Position numbers and translations under genes: made by a program
Source of the DNA: Mobula hypostoma
Taxonomy: Eukaryota
Reading direction: 5' to 3'
Length of the DNA stretch: 64,000 nt
Assembly: GCF_963921235.1 (NCBI RefSeq)
Contig: NC_086108.1
Span: 1,426,001 to 1,490,000, forward strand
Shown: piece after piece, positions 51,440 through 64,000 of the stretch
Layout of the letters: each line of letters begins with the position of its first letter
Numbering within the stretch: position 1 is the stretch's first letter
Notes under the pieces: model-generated
What the model saw: only the letters and a program-made list of their open reading frames with translations
What the model was told of the DNA's origin: nothing
Database searches by the model: none

Positions 51440-52065
51440 CTTTTTAGATTATGAGGACACACAGTCCTCTTTTATTGTCATTTAGTAATGCATCCATTAA
51501 GAAATGATACAATATTTCCTCCAGTGTGATATCACAAAAACACAGGACAGACCACGACTGAAAAAACTGACAAAACCACATAATTATAACATGTAGTTAT
51601 AACAGTGCAACAATACCATAACTTGATGAAGAAGTCCATGGCACAGTAAAAAAGTTCAAAGTCTCTCAAAAGTCCCACATCTCACGCAGACGGGAGGAGG
51701 AAGAAAACTCTCCCTGCCATGCCCAACCACAGTCCGACTCTGAGTTGTCGGAAAACTTCGAGCCTCCGATCAACCCTCTGACACCGAGTACCAAGCACCA
51801 TCTCTATCCGAACGATGTGACCTCAATCTCAGTCGCCAGCAGCAGGCAAAGCCGGGGACTTTGAGGCCTTCCCTCCGGAACATTCTCAATCGCCCAATAA
51901 CAGCGGCAGCAAACTGGCGGTTCAGAAATTTCTCCAGATGTTCCCCTGTGCTTTCACGTCTGCCTTCATCAAATCAGAATTGTCCACGGTCCCTAGTTAA
52001 TGGATATGATATCATTTTCACCGGAGAGCTGCGCGTGCACGGCGCACTGCTGTCACCTCCTCCCG
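51440..52065 (-). mobile_element. ~630-bp non-coding interspersed repeat, copy 2
   Basis: Co-linear with 24182-24810 and has the same ends. Confidence 0.75.
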
Positions 52066-52168
52066 CACTTTTACCCATATAAGTGCTTGCAAGAACATAA
52101 ATCTCAAGGTAGTAATGGTAACATACTGTATATGTTCTTTGGCAATAAATTTACTTTGAATATATGAT

Positions 52169-52295
52169 CATTCCTGATGAAGGATCTTGGCCCAAAACAT
52201 TGACTGTTCATTCACCTCCACAGATACTGCTTAAGTTCCTCCAGCATTTTGTTTGTTGCTCCAGATTTCAGACATCTGTTGAATCTCTTGCATTC
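52169..52295 (+). mobile_element. Penelope-type terminal repeat with degenerate hammerhead motif
   Basis: CATTC-CTGATGA-AGGATCTTGGCCC-AAAA-CATT-GACTG, then AGTTCCTCCAGCATTTTG. Confidence 0.7.
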
Positions 52296-53283
52296 TGATC
52301 CCCTGACCTTTTTCCCTTTAGACAAGTGCCGCCCAGCCCAGAAATGCTGGACATGCACCACACATACGTATGAAAGAACCTTTGGTAGACACAGGTGTTA
52401 AGATGGGAAACAGTTTCTTCCCGAGGGCTGTGAGACAACTGAGCTCCCTGCCACCACACTGATCTCATCACGTATGAGGCACCAGTAGAGTTATAGTGTT
52501 TACTTTTTAACTTGTATACAGGATGGCACCAGCCACCAATGTGACTATCAGCGACGTCCAGCAGAGAGTTTACAAAACTACTACTTCTTCTCCTTCTTTT
52601 AAATATACATCTACTACTAATCTGCACGTGATTGGATCCTGTAATTTATCTTTTGATAATGTGTTTTTCAACTGGCTGAGCAATCTGGCAGTTTTGCTGT
52701 CTCTGAGGGAACTCGGCGTGGGTGAGAACAGGTCGGGTCTAACAGCAGAGCGCGAACCCATGATCTGCTGGTGCTTGATCAAAGCATCAATCGATGAGGC
52801 CGAGAGTGGAAGGTGAGCCGGCGTTCAGTGCCGATGCCTGTGTCCCTCTCTCTCTTGCTCACTGCTGCCAGAGAAAGGTGCGGGAATGTCGGGTCTTGGG
52901 CAGGGTTTGATGGGCACTGCTTGTGGAATAGTCTCAGTTTTAGAGGACTTTGCAGTTCGTGTTATCATGTGTTTCTGGTTACTCCTCTTATTATTGCTAA
53001 TCTGCATTCAGCACGAAGTTGAACTGAAAATACTGGGCTGTTTCAAGGACTCTGAGTTTTGGTGTTTAATATTTTCTGTATTATTCACTAATTTTTTGCC
53101 ATTCTGCTTAATTTATTCTTTCTTTTGTGTGTTGGGTATTTGCTGCTTTTCTCTGAATGGGTTCTATGGTGTTGCTTCGTTTCGTGGCTGTCGGTGAGAA
53201 GACGAATCTCAGGGTTGCATACTTTGATAATAAATGTACTTTGAGTTTATTATTTGTTAATTTATTTGTGGAAATATACAGAT

Positions 53284-55069
53284 AGAAACAGGTGAATTGA
53301 TTATGGGGAGCAAGGACATGGCAGACCAATTCAATAATTACTTTGGTTCTGTCTTCACTAAGGAGGACATAAATAATCTTCCGGAAGTAGTAGGGGACAG
53401 AGGGTCCAGTGAGATGGAGGAACTGAACGAAATACATGTTAGTAGGGAAGCGGTGTTAGGTAAATTGAAGGGATTAAAGGCGGATAAATCCCCAGGGCCA
53501 GATGGTCAGCATCCCAGAATGCTTAAGGGAGTAGCCCAAGAAATAGTGGATGCATTAGTGATAATTTTTCAAAACTCGTTAGATTCTGGACTAGTTCCTG
53601 AGGATTGGAGGGTGGCTAATGTAACCCCACTTTTTAAAAAAGGAGGGAGAGAGAAACTGGGGAATTATAGACCGGTTAGCCTAACATCGGTGGTGGGGAA
53701 ACTGCTAGAGTCAGTTATCAAAGATGTGATAACAGCACATTTGGAAAGCAGTGAAATCATCGGACAAAGTCAGCATGGATTTGTGAAAGGAAAATCATGT
53801 CTGACGAATCTCACAGAATTTTTTGAGGATGTAACTAGTAGAGTGGATAGGGGAGAACCAGTGGATGTGGTATATTTGGATTTTCAAAAGGCTTTTGACA
53901 AGGTCCCACACAGGAGATTAGTGTGCAAACTTAAAGCACACGGTATTGGGGGTAAGGTATTGATGTGAATAGAGAATTGGTTGGCAGACAGGAAGCAAAG
54001 AGTGGGAATAAATGGGACCTTTTCAGAATGGCAGGCAGTGACTAGCTGGGTACCGCAAGGCTCAGTGCTGGGACCCCAGTTGTTTACAATACATATTAAT
54101 GACTTGGATGAGGGAATTAAATGCAGCATCTCCAAGTTTGCGGATGACACGAAGCTGGGTGGCAGTGTTAGCTGTGAGGAGGATGCTAAGAGGATGCAGG
54201 GTGACTTGGATAGGTTGGGTGAGGGGGCAAATTCATGGCAGATGCAACTTAATGTGGATAAATGTGAAGTTATCCACTTTGGTGGCAAAAGCAGGAAAAC
54301 AGATTATTATCTGAATGGTGGCCGATTAGGAAAAGGGGAGGTGCAACGAGACCTGGGTGTCATTATACACCAGTCATTGAAAGTGGGCATGCAGGTACAG
54401 CAGGCGGTGAAAAAGGCGAATGGTATGCTGGCATTTATAGCGAGAGGATTCGAGTACAGGAGCAAGGAGGTACTACTGCAATTGTACAAGGCCTTGGTGA
54501 GACCACACCTGGAGTATTGTGTGCAGTTTTGGTCCCCTAATCTGAAGAAAGACATCCTTGCTATAGAGGGAGTACAAAGAAGGTTCACCAGATTGATTCC
54601 TGGGATGGCAGGACTTTCATATAATGAAAAACTGGATGAACTAGGCTTATACTCGTTGGAATTTAGAAGATTGAGGGGGATCTGATTGAAACATATAAAA
54701 TCCTAAAGGGATTGGACAGGCTAGATGCAGGAAGATTGTTCCCGATGTTGGGGAAGTCCAGAACGAGGGGTCACAGTTTGAGGATAGAGGGGAAGCCTTT
54801 TAGGACCGAGATTAGGAAAAGCTTCTTCACACAGAGAGTGGTGAATCTGTGGAATTCTCTGCCACAGGAAACAGTTGAGGCCAGTTCATTGGTTATATTT
54901 AAGAGGGAGTTAGATATGGCCCTTGTGGCTACGGGGATCAGGGGGTATGGAGGGAAGGCAGGTGCAGGGTTCTGAGTTGGATGATCAGCCATGATCATAC
55001 TGAATGGCGGTGCAGGCTCGAAGGGCCAAATGGCCTACTCCTGCACCTATTTTCTATGTTTATATGTTT
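53284..55069 (+). mobile_element. CR1 family A, 5'-truncated, with a stop and a frameshift
   Basis: ORFs 53297, 53981 and 54712 tile the RT; TTTCTATGTT tail. Confidence 0.96.
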
Positions 55070-55103
55070 CCATATAATTTATGTGTTGTGTGAGTTACAT
55101 GTA

Positions 55104-57148
<2,045 letters not shown>

Positions 57149-57414
57149 GAGCACCTTGGTTCAGAAGAGTGTTGTATTGTTTGGTGGTATATATGTGATT
57201 GGTTGAATGACAGTAAACTAACTTAAGAGGTCAAGAGTCAACCTTACCGTATCAGCGTTGTTGAATAATATTAGTGCAGTGTAATAGAAACTGCCCTTGA
57301 GCCTGCTGGCCCACGCTTTCCGGTTTCTGTATCTTCTGCCCGATGGAAGAGGGGAGAAAAGACAATATCTTGGGTGGGTGAGCTCTTGGGTCATGTTGGC
57401 TCCTTTACTAAAAA

Positions 57415-57740
57415 AAATTGAGTGACTGTGCAAGAAGGGGACTAATGAGGGAGGCCACCAAGAGACCTATGACAACTCTGGAGGAGTTGGCCTTCATCAA
57501 CCGTGGGATTGAGTTTAGGAGCCGAGAGGCAATGTTGAAGCTATATAGGACCCTGGTCAGACCCCACTTGGAGTACTGTGCTCAGTTCTGGTCGCCTCAC
57601 TACAGGAAGAATGTGGAAACCATAGAAAAGGTGCAAAGGAGATTTACAAGGATGTTGCCTGGATTGGGGAGCATTCCTTATGAGGATAGGTTGAGTGAAC
57701 TCGGCCTTTTCTCCTTGGAGCAACGGGGGATGAGAGGTGA
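57415..57740 (+). mobile_element. Second, diverged copy of the Tc1::CR1-C junction
   Basis: GACAACTCTGGAGGAGTT|GGCCTTCATCAA is identical to the junction at ~55768. Confidence 0.9.
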
Positions 57741-58127
57741 GAGAAGCAGCTAGAGCAGGCCACAGCCTCCTTTACTGAGGTAGAGAGAAGTGTAGACAAA
57801 GTCCATGGAGGGGAGGGAGGATCTGTGATATGCTGAACTGTGTCCACAATTTTCTGCAGTTTCATGCAGTCAAGTGCAGAACAGTTACTGTACCAAGCTA
57901 TCATGTATCCAGACAGAATGCATCAATAAAAATTGTCTCGAGTCAATGTTCAAAGTACATTTATTATCAAAGTATGATATACAGTAACCTTAAGATTCCT
58001 ATCGAACCCATTAAAAAATAATCGAACTAACACCCCATGTGCAGAAAGAAAGAAAACAATCCGTGCAAACAATAAAAGGAAGCAAATAACATTCAGAACA
58101 AAAGTGAGTCCTCAGACATGAAGCCCG

Positions 58128-58455
58128 GAGCAGCTAGAGTAGGCCACAACCTCAGCCTCAGTTCAGTGCAGAGTCCAGTAAACATCATGGAGCCTAGAGC
58201 AGGCCACAGCCTCAGCCTCAGTTCAGTGCAGAGCCCAGTAAATGTCACAGAGCCTGGAATAGGCCACAGCTCAGCCTCAGTTCAGTGCAGAGCCCAGTAA
58301 ACATCATGGAACCTAGAGCAGGCCACAGCCTCAGCCTCAGTTCAGTGCAGAGCCCAGTAAATGTCACGGAGCCTGAAGTAGGCCACAGCCTCAGCCTCGG
58401 TTCAGTGCAGAGCCCAGTAAATGCCACGGAGCTTAGAGCAGGCCACAGCCTCAAC
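58128..58455. repeat. ~60-bp minisatellite, ~5.5 units
   Basis: Unit AGGCCACAGCCTCAGCCTCAGTTCAGTGCAGAGCCCAGTAAA..., with AACATCATGG and AATGTCAC variants alternating. Confidence 0.93.
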
Positions 58456-60925
58456 CTCCCCTCACCTTCTAACTTTGACTTCTCATATTCTTTTTTCAGT
58501 CCTGCAGAAGGTTCTTGGTCCGAAACTTCGACTGTTTATTCTTTTCATAGAAACATAGAAAATAGGTGCAGGAGTAGGCCATTTGGCCCTTCGAGCCTGC
58601 ACCGCCATTTATTATGATCATGGCTGATCATCCAACTCAGAACCCCGCCCCAGCCTTCCCTCCATAGCCCCTGATCCCCATAGCCACAAGGGCCATATCT
58701 AACTCCCTCTTAGATATAGCCAATGAACTGGCCTCAACTGTTTCCTGTGGCAGAGAATTCCACAGATTCACCACTCTCTGTGTGAAGAAGTTTTTCCTAA
58801 TCTCGGTCCTAAAAGGCTTCCCCTCTATCCTCAAACTGTGACCCCTCGTTCTGGACTTCCCCAACATCGGGAATAATCTTCCTGCATCTAGCCTGTCCAA
58901 TCCCTTTAGGATTTTATATGTTTCAATCAGATCCCCCCTCAATCTTCTAAATTCCAACGAGTACAAGCCCAGTTCATCCAGTCTTTCTTCATATGAAAGT
59001 CCTGCCATCCCAGGAATCAATCTGGTGAACCTTCTTTGTACTCCCTCTATGGCAAGGATGTCTTTCCTCAGATTAGGGGACCAAAACTGCACACAATACT
59101 CCAGGTGTGGTCTCACCAAGGCCTTGTACAACTGCAGTAGTACCTCCCTGCTCCTGTACTCGAATCCTCTCGCTATAAATGCCAGCATACCATTCGCCTT
59201 TTTCACCGCCTGCTGTACCTGCATGCCCACTTTCAATGACTGGTGTATAATGACACCCAGGTCTCGTTGCACCTCCCCTTTTCCTAATCGGCCACCATTC
59301 AGATAATAATCTGTTTTCCTATTTTTGCCACCAAAGTGGATAACTTCACATTTATCCACATTAAATTGCATCTGCCATGAATTTGCCCACTCACCCAACC
59401 TATCCAAGTCACTCTGCATCCTCTTAGCATCCTCCTCACAGCTAACACTGCCACCCAGCTTCGTGTCATCCGCAAACTTGGAGATACTGCATTTAATTCC
59501 CTCATCCAAGTCATTAATATATATTGTAAACAACTGGGGTCCCAGCACTGAGCCTTGCGGTACCCCACTAGTCACCGCCTGCCATTCTGAAAAGGTCCCG
59601 TTTATTCCCACTCTTTGCTTCCTGTCTGCTAACCAATTCTCCATCCACATCAATACCTTACCCCCAATATCGTGTGCTTTAAGTTTGCACACTAATCTCC
59701 TGTGTGGGACCTTGTCAAAAGCCTTTTGAAAATCCAAATATACCACATCCACTGGTTCTCCCCTATCCACTCGACTGGTTACATCCTCAAAAAATTCTAT
59801 GAGATTCGTCAGACATGATTTTCCTTTCACAAATCCATGCTGACTTTGTCCGATGATTTCACCGCTTTCCAAATATGCTGTTATCACATCTTTGATAACT
59901 GACTCCAGCAGTTTCCCCACCACTGACGTTAGGCTAACCGGTCTATAATTCCCCGGTTTCTCTCTCCCTCCTTTTTTAAAAAGTGGGGTTACATTAGCCA
60001 CCCTCCAATCCTCAGGAACTAGTCCAGAATCTAACGAGTTTTGAAAAATTATCACTAATGCATCCACTATTTCTTGGGCTACTTCCTTAAGCACTCTAGG
60101 ATGCAGACCATCTGGCCCTGGGGATTTATCTGCCTTCAGTCCCTTCAATTTACCGAACACTACTTCCCTACTAACAAGTATTTCGCTCAGTTCCTCCATC
60201 TCACTGGACCCTCTGTCCCCTACTATTTCTGGAAGATTATTTATGTCCTCCTTAGTGAAGACAGAACCAAAGTAATTATTCAATTGGTCTGCCATGTCCT
60301 TGCTCCCCATAATCAATTCACCTGTTTCTGTCTGTAGGGGATCTACATTTGTCTTTGCCAGTCTTTTCCTTTTTGCATATCTATAAAAGCTTTTACAGTC
60401 AGTTTTTATGTTCCCTGCCAGTTTTCTCTCATAATCTTTTTTCCCCTTCCTAATTAAGCCCTTTGTCCTCCTCTGCTGAACTCTGAATTTCTCCCAGTCC
60501 TCAGGTGAGCCACTTTCTCTGGCTAATTTGTATGCTTCTTCTTTGGAATTGATACTATCCCTAATTTCTCTTGTCAGCCACGGGTGCACTACCTTCCTTG
60601 ATTTATTCTTTTGCCAAACTGGGATAAACAATTGTTGTAGTTCATCCATGCAATCTTTAAATGCTTGCCATTGCATATCCACCGTCAATCCTTTAAGTGT
60701 CATTTGCCAGTCTATCTTAGCTAATTCACGTCTCATACCTTCAAAGTTACCCCTCTTTAAGTTCAGAACCTTTGTTTCTGAATTAACTATCTCACTCTCC
60801 ATATTAATGAAGAATTCCACCATATTATGGTCACTCTTACCCAAGGGGCCTCTCACGACAAGATGCTGCCTGGCCTTCTGAGTTGCTCAGATTTCCAGTA
60901 TCTGCAGATTTTCTCATGTTTGTGA
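58455..60925 (+). mobile_element. Penelope-type terminal repeat (58455-58550 + 60861-60925) split by CR1
   Basis: Hammerhead-like CAGTC-CTGCAGA-...-GAAA-CTTC-GACTG, then TTTTCATAG | AGATGCTGCCTGGCC. Confidence 0.7.
58546..60864 (-). mobile_element. CR1 family A, 5'-truncated, uninterrupted 739-aa ORF2 part
   Basis: ORF 58637-60856 runs from the APE SDH motif through the complete RT (FADD) to the stop; 3'UTR and tail are present. Confidence 0.97.
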
Positions 60926-60988
60926 TGACATGGAGACCTCCGACTACAAGTCATTATCAGTTGCTGGAGTCTGAGGATCATAGAACAT

Positions 60989-61540
60989 ACGGTTCTGTGC
61001 AAAACCCTTTGGCACATACAGTATTAACAGCCCGGGTGCCTGAGACTTTTGCACAGTACTGTGGTAATTGCACTGTACTGCTACCACAAAAAATAAAATT
61101 CATGACGTATCCATGAGTGATGATAACCCTGATTCTGATCTAGGTCTCCATTGTAGACTGAGAGTGGGAAGGGGGCAGGGAGAGGGGAATCATGGTTGGG
61201 AAAAGAAGAAGGGAGAAGGGGGGAGTGGGAAGCACCAGAGAGACATTCTGTAATGATCAATAAACCAATTATTTGCAGCCAAATGACTTTATCTGGTGTC
61301 TCAGGACAGAATATGTCTGCACCAGCGCCACTCCCCCCACCGGTCCCCCCCGGCACTCCCTCTCTGCCGCCTGTCCCACAGCTCTCTCATGGCGGTCCAC
61401 ATTCATCATTCCCAACAACCTTTGCTCCTGCCAGATTTACAAACTCGCTCTCCGCTCCACATTGACACATGCAGTACTTTGTAAAAGTCTTAGGCACCCT
61501 AGCTATATACATATGTGCCTAAGACTCTTGCACTTTTACA
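60989..61540. mobile_element. Tc1/mariner-type composite MITE, copy 2
   Basis: Same hairpin ends and internal sequence as 42426-42973. Confidence 0.75.
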
Positions 61541-61799
61541 ACATAGAACAGTACAACACAGTACAGGCCCTTCGGCCCACAATGTTGTGCCAACCTTTTA
61601 ACCAATTGCGATCAATCTAACCCTTTCCTACCACATAACCCTTCAGTTTTCTATCATCCATGTACCTGTCTAAGCGTCTCTGAAATGTTCCTAATGTATC
61701 TGCCTCGACCACCACCCCTGACAGGACGTTCCACACACTCACCACCCTCCACTGACATTCCCCGCACTTCCTCCAGTCACCTTAAAATTATTTATTATT

Positions 61800-62088
61800 T
61801 TTATTGAGGGATACAACGTGGATCAGGCCCTTTTTACCTAATGAGACACTCTGCCCAGTAACCCAGCAATCTAATCCTAGCCTAATCACAGTCCAATTTC
61901 CATTCACCAATTCACATACTAACTGGTACGGCTTTGGACTGTGGGAGGAGACCAGAGCACCCGGAGGAAACCCACGCGGTCGCAGGGAGAATGTACAAAC
62001 TTCTTACATATGGCACTGGAATTGAGCTCTGAACTCAGATGTCCCGAGCTGTAACAGCGCTCACTAACTGCTACGCTGCTCTGGTGCC
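61800..62088 (-). mobile_element. tRNA-derived V-SINE (HE1-like)
   Basis: GAGCACCCGGAGGAAACCCACGCGGTCGCAGGGAGAATGTACAAACT is the antisense V-domain; a tRNA-like head lies at ~62010-62088. Confidence 0.75.
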
Positions 62089-62114
62089 CTCATGTCACTT
62101 TGCATTAACCATTT

Positions 62115-64000
62115 CTCCAGGGTGACCAGCGATGGGAGCTCAACGTTCAGGGATATTCAATATTCAGGAGGGATAGACATGAAGGAAGGGGAGGTGGGGT
62201 GGCGTTGCTGGTTAAAAAAGAGATTAACGCAATAGAAAGGAAGGACATAAGCCGGGAAGATGTGGAATCGATATGGGTAGAGCTGCGTAACACTAAGGGA
62301 CAGAAGACGCTGGTGGGAGTTGTGTACAGGCCACCTAACAGTAGTAGTGAGGTCGGAGATGGTATTAAACAGGAAATTAGAAATGTGTGCAATAAAGGAA
62401 CAGCAGTTATAATGGGTGACTTCAATCTTCATGTAGATTGGGTGAACCAAATTGGTAAAGGTGCTGAGGAAAAGGATTTCTTGGAATGTATGCGGGATGG
62501 TTTTTTGAACCAACATGTCGAGGAACCAACTAGAGAGCAGGCTATTCTGGACTGGGTTTTGAGCAATGAGGAAGGGTTAATTAGTGATCTTGTCGTGAGA
62601 GGCCCCTTGGGTAAGAGTGACCATAATATGGTGGAATTCTTCATTAAGATGGAGAGTGACATAGTTAATTCAGAAACAAAGGTTCTGAACTTAGAGGGGT
62701 AACTTTGAAGGTATGAGACGTGAATTAGCTAAGATAGACTGGCAAATGACACTTAAAGGATTGACGGTGGATATGCAATGGCAAGCATTTAAAGGTTGCA
62801 TGGATGAACTACAACAATTTTTCATCCCAGTTTGGCAAAAGAATAAATCAAGGAAGGTAGTGCACCCGTGGCTGACAAGAGAAATTAGGGATAGTATCAA
62901 TTCCAAAGAAGTAGCATACAAATTAGCCAGAGAAAGTGGCTCACCTGAGGACTGGGAGAAATTCAGAGTTCAGCAGAGGAGGACAAAGGGCTTAATTAGG
63001 AAGGGGAATAAAGATTATGAGAGAAAACTGGCAGAGAACATAAAAACGGACTGTAAAAGCTTTTATAGATATGTAAAAAGGAAAAGACTGATAAAGACAA
63101 CTGTAGGTCCCCTGCAGACAGAAACAGGTGAATTGATTATGGGGAGCAAGGACATGGCAGACCAATTGAATAATTACTTTGGTTCTGTCTTCACTAAGAA
63201 GGACATAAATAATCTTCCAGAAATAGTAAGGGACAGAGGGTCCAGTGAGATGGAGGAACTGAGTGAAATACATGTTAGTAGGGAAGTGGTGTTAGGTAAA
63301 TTGAAGGGATTGAAGGCAGATAAATCCCCAGGGCCAGATGGTCTGCATCCTAGAGTGCTTAAGGAGGTAGCCCAAGAAATAGTGGATTCATTAGTGATAA
63401 TTTTTCAAAACTCGTTAGATTCTGGACTAGTTCCTGAGGATTGGAGGGTGGCTAATGTAACCCCACTTTTTAAAAAAGGAGAGAGAGAGAAACCGGGGAA
63501 TTATAGGCCGGTTAGCCTAACGTCGGTGGTGGGGAAACTGCTGGAGTCAGTTATCAAGGATGTGATAACAGCACATTTGGAAAGCGGTGAAATGATCGGA
63601 CAAAGTCAGCATGGATTTGTGAAAGGAAAATCATGTCTGACGAATCTCATAGAATTTTTTGAGGATGTAACTAGTAGAGTGGATAGGGGAGAACCAGTGG
63701 ATGTGGTATATTTGGATTTTCAAAAGGCTTTTGACAAGGTCCCACACAGGAGATTAGTGTGCAAACTTAAAGCACACGGTATTGGGGGTAAGGTATTGGT
63801 ATGGGTGGAGAATTGGTTAGCAGACAGGAAGCAAAGAGTGGGAATAAACGGGACCTTTTCAGAATGGCAGGCAGTGACTAGTGGGGTACCGCAAGGCTCA
63901 GTGCTGGGACCCCAGTTGTTTACAATATATATTGATGACTTGGATGAGGGAATTAAATGCAGCATCTCCAAGTTTGCGGATGACACGAAGCTGGGTGGCA
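62115..64000 (+). mobile_element. CR1 family A ORF2 (APE plus RT), frameshifted at ~62695, runs off the right edge
   Basis: VYRPPN, MGDFN and SDH endonuclease motifs, then RT to KFADDTKL. Confidence 0.96.

Noticed and set aside
59025..59729. Recurrent antisense ORFs (MNLLCTPS..., MPPKWITS...) as a conserved gene
   Set aside because: They are shadow frames of CR1 RT, repeated only because the copies are near-identical.
58637..60856. Active or domesticated reverse transcriptase gene
   Set aside because: It is 5'-truncated inside the endonuclease, has no ORF1 or promoter, and is near-identical to sibling copies. It is simply a young insertion.

Overview
Eukaryotic, almost entirely repetitive DNA. 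The repeat families (CR1 LINEs with an esterase ORF1, a V-SINE, Penelope, HERO, Tc1, hAT) point to a cartilaginous fish, probably a ray; this is an inference. Bases 1-12451 are a 57-bp satellite of about 218 units. The rest is a nested pile of CR1 LINEs (at least 4 families), Rex/Babar-, RTE-, HERO- and Penelope-like fragments, Tc1 and hAT/Buster fossils with MITEs, two solo LTRs, a Gypsy LTR-gag relic, SINEs and several mini/microsatellites. I recognise no host gene and no intact autonomous element, and I cannot support a new protein-coding system. The most interesting signals are: (i) the satellite monomer aligns with the segment just 3' of a minimal hammerhead-ribozyme motif in dispersed Penelope terminal repeats in this window; (ii) three CR1 copies end at the same 5' point and share private variants, suggesting a ~785-bp non-autonomous subfamily; (iii) a composite MITE whose ends are each hairpin mini-MITEs; (iv) the same Tc1::CR1 junction occurs twice in diverged copies. 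Family names A-D are my own labels. Boundaries of old fragments are approximate.
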